From a virus (Duplodnaviria; Caudoviricetes), in IMG/VR virus record IMGVR_UViG_3300044724_008370, positions 1 to 31,880 of that record: 31,880 nt of DNA, one strand, 5' to 3'. Positions 17,829 to 25,739 of the stretch are shown here, in pieces. Position 1 is the stretch's first letter; each line of letters starts with the position of its first letter. A model generated the notes under the pieces. That model was not told where the DNA came from. It made no database searches and saw only the letters and a list, made by a program, of their open reading frames with translations. Both the position numbers and the translations under genes were made by a program.

Positions 17829-17839
17829 AGGATTTTTTA

Positions 17840-19471
17840 ATGGCAGTTAATCTATTTGGATTCCGTATTGGCCGACCAGAGGCCGAGGAAGAAAAGCAAA
17901 ACGAAAATATCAAATCATTTGCTCCGCCAAACATTGACGACGGCTCAATGGAAATTGCACCTGGCGGTGTATATGGTACTTATGTTGATCTTGAAGCATC
18001 AGCCAAAACTGAAGGTGAGTTAGTTACTCGCTATAGAGAAATGGCCCTCCAACCAGAATGTGATTCAGCTATTGACGATATAGTCAATGAAGCTATTATT
18101 ATGGACGATCACAAAGGTCCAGTAGAGATCAACTTAGACAAAATTGATTATGGTGAATCAGTAAAGAAAAAGATTAGAGAAGAGTTTGAAGAACTTCTAA
18201 AGATGCTTGACTTCTCTAATGTTGCTTACGATACATTCAGAAAATTTTACGTTGACGGTAGATTGTATTATCACATTATGATTGATGAAATAGCTCCACG
18301 TCAAGGTATTAAAGAACTTAGATATATTGATCCACGTAGAATTAGAAAAGTTAGAGAGACAAAACGTAAGAAGGATCAAAAAGTAAATACAATGATCCAT
18401 AGAGGATACAATGAATACTATCTCTACAATCCTCGTGGTCTTACAACATCTACTCAAGGTTTAAAGATTGCAAAAGATTCCATTTGTTATGTCCACTCAG
18501 GTTTGTTGGACAATAGAAACAAAATGGTTCTATCTTATCTTCACAAAGCAATCAAACCTCTCAACCAACTTCGTATGTTAGAAGATGCAACAGTCATTTA
18601 CAGACTTGCACGTGCACCTGAAAGACGTATCTTCTATATTGATGTTGGTAACCTTCCTAAGATGAAAGCAGAACAATATCTTCGTGATATGATGGTCAAA
18701 CATAAAAACAAACTAGTGTATGATGCTCAGACTGGTGAAGTCAGAGATGATCGTAAGTTTATGACAATGTTAGAAGACTTCTGGCTTCCAAGACGTGAAG
18801 GTGGTAGAGGCACAGAAATTACAACACTTCCTGGTGGTCAGAATCTTGGCGAGATGGAAGATGTTGACTATTTTAGAAGAAAGCTGTATAAAGCTCTTAA
18901 TGTTCCTATTACTAGAATGGAAGCAGAGAACCAATTCAATCTTGGAAGAGCTTCTGAGATTACAAGAGATGAGATGAAGTTTCAAAAATTTGTTAACAGA
19001 CTTCGTACAAGATTTACTATTCTGTTTGACAATCTACTTGAAGTTCAACTTGTACTCAAAGGAGTAACAACGAGAGAAGAATGGAAAGATATTAAGAATG
19101 ATATCTACTATGAGTTTGCAGAAGATAATCATTTTGCAGAACTTAAATATTCTGAGTTGATGAGAGAACGTCTTTCACTTCTCAGAGACATTGATGAGTA
19201 TACAGGTAAGTATTTCTCACAAGAATATATTCGTAAGTATGTTCTTAGACAATCAGAAGACGATATAGAAGAAATTGATAAGCAGATAGCACAGGAAGGT
19301 GATAGTGAAGAGGACGATCAAGATCAACAAGGTGTTGATGTTGATCAAATGGAATCAGCCAACGTCCAGCCATTCATTCCATCAGAAACTATTTCTGAAG
19401 AAGAACAACAATTAGTTGAGCGAATGACTGAATTTATGGATACTGTCATTTCCGAGGATGAACATGGATGA
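17840..19471 (+). CDS. gp20: Portal vertex protein gp20
   Basis: LFGFRI, YLHKAIKPLNQLRMLEDATVIYRLARAPERRIFYIDVGNLPK, EDFWLPRREGGRGTEITTLPGG. Confidence 0.97.
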   Translation: MAVNLFGFRIGRPEAEEEKQNENIKSFAPPNIDDGSMEIAPGGVYGTYVDLEASAKTEGELVTRYREMALQPECDSAIDDIVNEAIIMDDHKGPVEINLDKIDYGESVKKKIREEFEELLKMLDFSNVAYDTFRKFYVDGRLYYHIMIDEIAPRQGIKELRYIDPRRIRKVRETKRKKDQKVNTMIHRGYNEYYLYNPRGLTTSTQGLKIAKDSICYVHSGLLDNRNKMVLSYLHKAIKPLNQLRMLEDATVIYRLARAPERRIFYIDVGNLPKMKAEQYLRDMMVKHKNKLVYDAQTGEVRDDRKFMTMLEDFWLPRREGGRGTEITTLPGGQNLGEMEDVDYFRRKLYKALNVPITRMEAENQFNLGRASEITRDEMKFQKFVNRLRTRFTILFDNLLEVQLVLKGVTTREEWKDIKNDIYYEFAEDNHFAELKYSELMRERLSLLRDIDEYTGKYFSQEYIRKYVLRQSEDDIEEIDKQIAQEGDSEEDDQDQQGVDVDQMESANVQPFIPSETISEEEQQLVERMTEFMDTVISEDEHG

Positions 19472-21758
19472 AGTTGAAAAGGCAAAAATTCTAGCTGCGT
19501 CTGTATCGTACACTAAAAAAGAGATTAAGAAACTAAAAGAAGAGATTTCTGATCTTAAAGAGAACGGCGTAGAATCTGTTTACCCAACTCTGTACGAATC
19601 CATGCAAGGCGAAAAAGGTGCTAAGGGTGACAAAGGTGACCCTGGAGAACCCGGTGCACCTGGTGAAAAAGGTGAACCTGGTGATGCCATTATTGTTGAA
19701 TCTAGAGGTCCACAAGGTAAAAAAGGTGATCAAGGTGACCGCGGTGTTTCTATTAAAGAAACAAAAATTATTAATGATGAGCTAGTTTTATTCTTAGATA
19801 ATGATGATACTGAAAATGTTGGTAGAGTTGTTGGTCCACGTGGTGGCCAAGGCATTCAAGGTGAAGTTGGACCACAGGGTCCAATTGGTGAACAAGGAAT
19901 ACAAGGTATTCAAGGTGAGCAAGGTTTACTAGGTGAACAAGGTCCACCTGGTCCACCCGGTCCTCAGGGTCCTCTTGGTCCACTTGGAATGACTGGTGAT
20001 AAAGGTGAAAAAGGAGACAAAGGTGATAAAGGCGATACGGGTGACACCGGTCCCAAGGGTGACACGGGTTCGACTGGACCCCAAGGCCTTAGGGGAGAAA
20101 AAGGTGAAAGAGGAGAGCCTGGTCCAATGGGTCCAGAAGGTCCATCAGGCAGGGACGGAACTGAAGTCGACACAGACAATATCAAAAAGTCACTTGAAAA
20201 AGATCTAACAGATTTTAAAACAGCTGTACAACAACAAGTTACAAGATTAGCTACTACTGGTGGAGGTGGTTCTTCATCTGGTGGTGGTATTGGTCCTTAT
20301 CCTAAAACAACAATTCATTCAAGAGATATTATTCCAGAGGCTAATGTAACATATAGTCTTGGTACGAATGAAATGCGATTCAAGGATTTATTCTTGAGTG
20401 GTACTACCATTGCATTGGGTGGAGCAACAATGGGTGCTTCTGCAGATGGTGCAATTGAGTTACCAAAGATTAAAGTTGGTACAGCTGAAGAAGGTTTTGC
20501 TGAAATAGCTCCAGCACCTGGCGGTGGTATTGCATTGCCAGAAGGATCACAAATTGGTTCTGAGTCTATTGCTATATCTGTTCAAGATGAAGGAACAGAA
20601 GTAGGCAACAACGTATCTATTATTAACTTTGTTGGTACTGGAGTTGCTGCTACTGGTAACACATCACATATTACAGTTACAGTATCTGGTGGAGGAGCAG
20701 GTACCGATGCATCTAAGATATCTGTAGTTAATGCTAATGCTAAGTTTGTAACAAAAGCTGTTGCATTATCTTCTAACAATTCATTAATTAATTTAATCAA
20801 TAATAGATTACAGGTTGCAAATGCAGATGTAAAATTTGTAACAAAAGCAGTTGCTCTTGCATCCAACAATGCTGTTGTAAACTTGGTTAATGATAGACTT
20901 CAAGTAGCCAATGCTAATCAAACATTTGTGACAAAAGCTGTTGCTCTTGCATCTAATAACGCAGTTTTAAACTCAGTGAATGATAGACTTCAAGTAGCAA
21001 ATGCAGATGTAAAGTTTGTAACAAAAGCTGTTGCATTATCTTCTAACAGTGCAGTAGTTAACTTAGTCAATGATAGGCTCCAGGTTGCTAATGCAGTAAC
21101 AACACTAACTGGTTTGTCAGACGTATCTGCTGATACTCCTACAGATGGTCATGTTCTAAAGTACTCTTCTTCTAATACAACTTTCTACTTTGCTGCTGAA
21201 TCTGGTGGCGGTGGTGGTGGATCCAACTCAGCTGCTATCACAGTAGATTCATTTATAGGTGATAATAGTACAACAGGATTTACTATAACTACAGCACCTA
21301 CTGCAGCAAAAGATTTAATCGTTGCAGTAGATGGCTTGATTCAAAGACCAACATTAGATTATACAGTAAGTGGAACAACACTTACATTTACATCAGCACC
21401 ACATACAAATGCAAATGTCTCTAGTAGATTAATTGGTGGATCAACAGGAGACAGTGGAGGAGGCGGTACTACTTGGGCCGAACTCACATCAAATACAACA
21501 GTAGCTGCAGGAAGCGGAAACTTTGTTGCAACAAATGTAGGTGCTATAGTTGTCACTCTTCCATCTTCTCCATCTCTTGGTGATGAAGTTTCAGTTATAG
21601 ATGGGCCTGGTTTTGCTTCATCTAATAACATAACTATAGGTAGAAACAGTCAACCAATTATGGGTGAAGCTGAAGATATGGTTGTGAATGTTGATGATGC
21701 AGCATTTACATTAGTATACTACAATTCAACTTACGGCTGGAGGTTAAAAGATAAGTAA
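19464..21758 (+). CDS. Collagen-like fibre protein with 30-aa repeats and C-terminal fibre-attachment-type domains
   Basis: G-X-Y tracts; four 30-aa repeats; FIGD...VAVDGLIQ.P..DYTVSGTTLTFTSAP domain; terminal VTLPSSPSLGDEV...NNITIGRN...FTLVY..TYGW domain resembling T4 gp34/baseplate-type domains. GAGGA RBS favours ATG 19464 over 19458. Confidence 0.8.
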   Translation: MDEVEKAKILAASVSYTKKEIKKLKEEISDLKENGVESVYPTLYESMQGEKGAKGDKGDPGEPGAPGEKGEPGDAIIVESRGPQGKKGDQGDRGVSIKETKIINDELVLFLDNDDTENVGRVVGPRGGQGIQGEVGPQGPIGEQGIQGIQGEQGLLGEQGPPGPPGPQGPLGPLGMTGDKGEKGDKGDKGDTGDTGPKGDTGSTGPQGLRGEKGERGEPGPMGPEGPSGRDGTEVDTDNIKKSLEKDLTDFKTAVQQQVTRLATTGGGGSSSGGGIGPYPKTTIHSRDIIPEANVTYSLGTNEMRFKDLFLSGTTIALGGATMGASADGAIELPKIKVGTAEEGFAEIAPAPGGGIALPEGSQIGSESIAISVQDEGTEVGNNVSIINFVGTGVAATGNTSHITVTVSGGGAGTDASKISVVNANAKFVTKAVALSSNNSLINLINNRLQVANADVKFVTKAVALASNNAVVNLVNDRLQVANANQTFVTKAVALASNNAVLNSVNDRLQVANADVKFVTKAVALSSNSAVVNLVNDRLQVANAVTTLTGLSDVSADTPTDGHVLKYSSSNTTFYFAAESGGGGGGSNSAAITVDSFIGDNSTTGFTITTAPTAAKDLIVAVDGLIQRPTLDYTVSGTTLTFTSAPHTNANVSSRLIGGSTGDSGGGGTTWAELTSNTTVAAGSGNFVATNVGAIVVTLPSSPSLGDEVSVIDGPGFASSNNITIGRNSQPIMGEAEDMVVNVDDAAFTLVYYNSTYGWRLKDK
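19608..20165 (+). repeat. Collagen G-X-Y repeats
   Basis: Nine triplets at 19608-19688, a short tract, a globular interruption, then about 37 uninterrupted triplets at 19833-20165. Confidence 0.92.
20730..21095 (+). repeat. Four tandem 90-bp (30-aa) coding repeats
   Basis: Unit ANADVKFVTKAVALASNNAVVNLVNDRLQV; the F codon of FVTK recurs at 20745, 20835, 20925 and 21015. Confidence 0.92.
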
Positions 21759-22399
21759 TGGCTCTCTATAGCGACGTAAAAGCAAGTTCAGTTGGACGAG
21801 TAGCAAGTAGTGGTCTCATTGGATCGGCGACAGATGTTACACGATATCACGATTTTAGTGCAAGTTCTGGTAATTATCCTCGAGGATTTTCAGTAGTTGA
21901 AAAACACGCTACTATTAGAGTGTCACCAGTAAATACTATTTCAGCTGACAGAGAAAGATCAAACTACTATTATCATAATACTTTCTTTATAAATCCTGGT
22001 AAAGGTGCTGGCAATGGTATAGACATTCTTAGATTTACTACTCTAGATATTGCTGATGATGCAGTACCATCAAGCAGTGAAGTTTACAATAGGATTATGT
22101 GGGAGTGTAGAGGTTGTGGACATTCATCAGCACAGGGAAGTGGATCAAGATTTCAAATAGGTCAGATTGATTTTAATGGAGCATCTCCAACTAACACAAC
22201 AAACACTGTTAATCAAACTGATGGATCAGCTCCAATCTTTACATGGACACACAGCAACTATGTTTCCACTCTTGAGGTAGCTGGTGCTGGATCTGGCGCG
22301 GGAAGCCAGATGATGAATGTTGATGTTAGAATTTGGTTTAACAGAGGTGCAGGATCAAGAGGCTCATTTGTTTATTATAAACTAGAGGAATTAGTATAA
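21758..22399 (+). CDS. Hypothetical fibre-tip/adhesin-like protein
   Basis: TAATG-coupled to the collagen gene; S/G/T-rich, beta-like composition; followed by a small partner gene. Confidence 0.55.
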   Translation: MALYSDVKASSVGRVASSGLIGSATDVTRYHDFSASSGNYPRGFSVVEKHATIRVSPVNTISADRERSNYYYHNTFFINPGKGAGNGIDILRFTTLDIADDAVPSSSEVYNRIMWECRGCGHSSAQGSGSRFQIGQIDFNGASPTNTTNTVNQTDGSAPIFTWTHSNYVSTLEVAGAGSGAGSQMMNVDVRIWFNRGAGSRGSFVYYKLEELV

Positions 22400-22584
22400 T
22401 GGCTTATGCTTTTGGTAACACTGCTATTGAAAGGAATCAAACTGTCATATCTAATAGACAGAAGGCTTACGAAGATCAGTTAGGTGGTTGGCAACAACAA
22501 CTTGAAATGATCTATGAAGATGAGGCTGGTTGGAGAGCTAAGATAGCTCAGATTAAAACTGACAATCCTAAGGAAGCTGAGTAA
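22399..22584 (+). CDS. Small fibre-partner (assembly chaperone-like) protein
   Basis: NRQKAY...QQQLEMIYED..WRAKIAQIKTDNPK resembles the widespread R..AYP....QLDM....W...I..VK...PK family; TAATG-coupled on both sides. Confidence 0.6.
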   Translation: MAYAFGNTAIERNQTVISNRQKAYEDQLGGWQQQLEMIYEDEAGWRAKIAQIKTDNPKEAE

Positions 22585-23693
22585 TGGCTAGACAAAAAAT
22601 TAGTCCTTCATTAATAACTGGCTTTGGCAATAAAAACATTCTTATGAATGGCAATATGCAAGTATTTCAAAGAAGCGAGGATACCTTCTCTGGTACCAAT
22701 ACAACTAAGTATGTTTTAGATAGATGGAGATATTCTGCATCTAATGACGGAGCGGTTACTGTTACACAATCAACAGATGTTCCTAGTGGACAAGGATTCC
22801 CTAATTCATTTAAAGTTGATGTTACAACAGTTGATACATCTCTTGCTAATGATCAACTTGCTCATATCCAAACAGCAGTAGAAGGACAAGATCTACAACA
22901 TCTTGCATATGGAACTTCTTCTGCCAAAACTTTAACAGTATCGTTTTGGGTAAAATCAAATAAAACTGGCACATACTGTTTTGCTTTAAGAAAACCAGAT
23001 AATACAGCTTATAATTTTGTAAAGGAATATACTATATCATCAGCTGATACATGGGAAAAGAAAGAAATCAGAATAGAACCTGATAGTAATATCAAAGCTA
23101 CAGCTGGTGCTATTGATGATGATAATGGATTAGGTTTTAGAGTTATATGGGTTTTGATGGATGGTCCAAATAGAGATGGAGCAACTAATAACACTTGGAA
23201 TCAAACAGATGATAACACTTCAACATCTAATCAAGTAAATCTTTTAGATAACACATCCAATGAATTTTATCTTACTGGTTGTCAGTTAGAAGTTGGTGAT
23301 ACTGCAACTGATTTTGATTTTGTTCCTTACAGAATAGAATTACAAAGATGTAAGAGATATTATCAAAGATGGCAAAGACAAGCAAATTATGCTGGTATAG
23401 GTTTGTTGGTACCGTTTAGTTCTACAGGAGCTAACGTACCAGTATTTTTAGAATGTGAACCAAGATCAAGTCCCACTGTAAGTCATTCAGCCGGGTCTCA
23501 TTTTGATTACTTTGGTATAACTGGTACTGGTGCATCAGGTAATCCTTCATCTTTGCAAAATAATGGATGGGGTGGCGGTAATGTTTTAGATCTTGGAGTA
23601 ACAAGTACTGGTTTTACTATTGCTCGTGGATATTTGTTTGAACCAAACAATAGTTCTGGTAATGTTTTTATTGCTTTTGAATCGGAGTTGTAA
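22584..23693 (+). CDS. Fibre/adhesin protein with a carbohydrate-binding-like domain
   Basis: KNILMNGNMQVFQR, DRW, TLTVSFWVKS..TGT, TWEKK, TGCQLEVGDTATDF...ELQRCKRYYQ: a common phage fibre family signature. Confidence 0.72.
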   Translation: MARQKISPSLITGFGNKNILMNGNMQVFQRSEDTFSGTNTTKYVLDRWRYSASNDGAVTVTQSTDVPSGQGFPNSFKVDVTTVDTSLANDQLAHIQTAVEGQDLQHLAYGTSSAKTLTVSFWVKSNKTGTYCFALRKPDNTAYNFVKEYTISSADTWEKKEIRIEPDSNIKATAGAIDDDNGLGFRVIWVLMDGPNRDGATNNTWNQTDDNTSTSNQVNLLDNTSNEFYLTGCQLEVGDTATDFDFVPYRIELQRCKRYYQRWQRQANYAGIGLLVPFSSTGANVPVFLECEPRSSPTVSHSAGSHFDYFGITGTGASGNPSSLQNNGWGGGNVLDLGVTSTGFTIARGYLFEPNNSSGNVFIAFESEL

Positions 23694-23861
23694 ATGGCAA
23701 AATATAAATTTTATAAACTGAAAAACGGTGATGTTGGAGGAGTCATCATTCCTTCTGAAAACAAAGGAATACCAAAAGATCCAACTAACACTGATTGGCA
23801 AGAATACTTGGAATGGGTTGAAGCAGGTAATACAACTGATCCAGCAGTTGAAGATGAATGA
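23694..23861 (+). CDS. Small fibre-partner protein, 55 aa (not in ORF track)
   Basis: Hand-translated MAKYKFYKLKNGDVGGVIIPSENKGIPKDPTNTDWQEYLEWVEAGNTTDPAVEDE; IPxDPxNxDxQEYLxW...GNT motif; GGAG RBS. Confidence 0.78.
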   Translation: MAKYKFYKLKNGDVGGVIIPSENKGIPKDPTNTDWQEYLEWVEAGNTTDPAVEDE

Positions 23862-23877
23862 TCAAGTGCTAAGTTCT

Positions 23878-23885
23878 TATAAATA
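23878..23885 (+). promoter_or_regulatory. T4-type late promoter TATAAATA for prohead core genes
   Basis: Exact consensus; AAGGAG RBS downstream. Confidence 0.85.
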
Positions 23886-23904
23886 ATGTAAAAGGAGATT
23901 ACAA

Positions 23905-24156
23905 ATGACTGATTATAATACTAAAGATGCATTAAATTATGCTCTTAGTGGTGAACCTTCTAAGTTCAAAGATGCTGTAAACGATATCCTTATGAATAAA
24001 GTTGGTGATGCGCTGAATATCAAAAAGATGGATATTTCAACTAATATGTTCAATGAAGAAGAACCAGAAATGGATGCTGCAGCTGAAGTAGAAGTAGAGT
24101 CAGAAGTATCACAAGAATCAGAAACAGAGGACGGAGCAGATGAAGAAATTTCGTGA
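23905..24156 (+). CDS. Small acidic prohead core protein (gp67-like by position)
   Basis: Lies between portal and gp21; helical N-terminus and very acidic tail. Confidence 0.6.
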   Translation: MTDYNTKDALNYALSGEPSKFKDAVNDILMNKVGDALNIKKMDISTNMFNEEEPEMDAAAEVEVESEVSQESETEDGADEEIS

Positions 24157-24724
24157 CATTCTTAAAGAAGCTAGACCTCAAGACTACAAAGTGAAGCCAG
24201 ACGACGATGAAGAAGTAATTGGTCAAAAGCCTCGTTCTAAAGAAGAAGAGGATTTTAGAGACGACCATGAAGTTGAGAAAAAAGATCATCCAGTGGCTGA
24301 CGATAACCAATTTACTTCATCTAATAAGCCCGATGATCATAAAGGTCACAAAAAAGGAAAAGGTGAAGAGGCTGTCAAACAAGGTACATCTAACCTTTCG
24401 AAATTTATGAACAAGTCTTCAGGAAAACAAACACCACAAAGAAAAGGTGACAAACGTCAAGGTGACCTGAAACCAGTTATGGCTAAAGAAGAGACTCTTT
24501 ACGAAACTGGTGTAATGGATACACTAAAGAACATTGTCAAGAAAAAGAAAACTGAATCAGTAAAGTTTAGAAATGGTAAGACACTTGAAGTCGATCCAAG
24601 AACTGCTGGTGCTATTGTAAAACTTGGCAATGACTTGAATGGCGCAAATCTTCGCAAACTGAATACCAATCTTGAAAAGGGTGAAGCATCCTTTATGAAG
24701 ATGGTAGACTTTGCAATGGGTTAG
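24140..24724 (+). CDS. Prohead core/internal head protein (gp68-like by position)
   Basis: Charged protein; N-terminal MKKFRDILKEA resembles the T4 capsid-targeting sequence; synteny. Confidence 0.55.
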   Translation: MKKFRDILKEARPQDYKVKPDDDEEVIGQKPRSKEEEDFRDDHEVEKKDHPVADDNQFTSSNKPDDHKGHKKGKGEEAVKQGTSNLSKFMNKSSGKQTPQRKGDKRQGDLKPVMAKEETLYETGVMDTLKNIVKKKKTESVKFRNGKTLEVDPRTAGAIVKLGNDLNGANLRKLNTNLEKGEASFMKMVDFAMG

Positions 24725-24733
24725 GAGAGTTAA

Positions 24734-25045
24734 ATGGGAATCGCTAGAATCACACCCGTTACAAATGCTGTAGCAACTGGAGTAGCTACTAGTGTTTTTG
24801 GAGCTACATCTGTACTACTAACTCAAACTGGGTCTACACAAAGAACTATTACAATTGCTAATACACAAAATGCTGCCTCAGGTGGTGGCACATATGGTAT
24901 TCCTCCTGGAACTACATCCCAAGCAACTGTAATTCTTTCTAATATTACTGGTTCACAAATGATCATTAATAAAAGACCAACAGATACTGTTACCGGTCAT
25001 GCTGAAGTATCAGCCACTGGTGTAGCAAACGCTGGAGACGCATGA
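24734..25045 (+). CDS. Small T/A/G-rich hypothetical protein, possibly head-associated
   Basis: AGGAG RBS; beta-rich composition; immediately upstream of gp21. Confidence 0.55.
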   Translation: MGIARITPVTNAVATGVATSVFGATSVLLTQTGSTQRTITIANTQNAASGGGTYGIPPGTTSQATVILSNITGSQMIINKRPTDTVTGHAEVSATGVANAGDA

Positions 25046-25695
25046 TGAAACTTATATGCGAAGTAAACGAATCAATCGAATACCTTGAAGAAGCAAATGA
25101 GAATGGTGGAAAGAACCATTTCATTAAAGGTGTCTTCATGCAAGGTGATATCAAGAACAGAAACGGACGTATGTATCCATCAGCTGTTCTTGCAGAAGAA
25201 GTTAAAAGATATAACACAGAATATATCGACAAGAATAGAGCCTATGGTGAGTTGGGACATCCAATGGGTCCAACTATCAATCTAGATCGTGTTTCACATA
25301 TGATCAAAGAATTGTACCAAGATGGTTCGAACTTCATTGGTAAGGCAAAGATAATGGACACCCCTATGGGTAACATTGTCAAAAACCTTATGAATGAAGG
25401 AGCGTCACTAGGTGTGTCTTCTCGTGGTATGGGAACACTGAAGCCTGGAAAGGATGGCGTACAACAAGTCCAAAAGGACTTTTACCTCGCAACTGCAGCC
25501 GATATTGTAGCTGACCCTTCAGCACCTGATGCCTACGTAGAAGGTATCATGGAAGGTAAAGAGTGGGTTTGGGACAACGGAATTCTTAGAGAACAAGAAG
25601 TCGCATCCCATAAAGCTGAAATCAAGAAGGCTACAAAAGCTCAACTTGAGGAATCTAAACTCAAAGTGTTCCAAGATTTTCTCTCAAAGTTATAA
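25042..25695 (+). CDS. gp21: Prohead protease gp21
   Basis: IKGVFMQGDIKNRNGRMYP, GELGHP, LGVSSRGMG, ADIVADPSAPDA. Confidence 0.96.
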   Translation: MMKLICEVNESIEYLEEANENGGKNHFIKGVFMQGDIKNRNGRMYPSAVLAEEVKRYNTEYIDKNRAYGELGHPMGPTINLDRVSHMIKELYQDGSNFIGKAKIMDTPMGNIVKNLMNEGASLGVSSRGMGTLKPGKDGVQQVQKDFYLATAADIVADPSAPDAYVEGIMEGKEWVWDNGILREQEVASHKAEIKKATKAQLEESKLKVFQDFLSKL

Positions 25696-25698
25696 TTT

Positions 25699-25706
25699 TA
25701 TAAATA
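25699..25706 (+). promoter_or_regulatory. T4-type late promoter TATAAATA for gp22
   Basis: Exact consensus in the intergenic gap; AAGGAG RBS. Confidence 0.85.
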
Positions 25707-25739
25707 TAGGAAAAGACTTTATAATTAAAGGAGTCAATA

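Noticed and set aside
19440-19475. Programmed frameshift fusing the portal to the collagen protein
   Set aside because: No clear slippery site, and the downstream gene has its own GAGGA RBS and ATG.
20730-21095. Regularly spaced repeats as a possible CRISPR array
   Set aside because: The period is exactly 90 bp, in frame, with synonymous variation and no unique spacers.
811-23693. Diversity-generating retroelement or invertase-based switching of the adhesins
   Set aside because: No reverse transcriptase, recombinase or template/variable repeat pair was seen by eye. A self dot-plot and the rest of the genome would be needed to exclude it.
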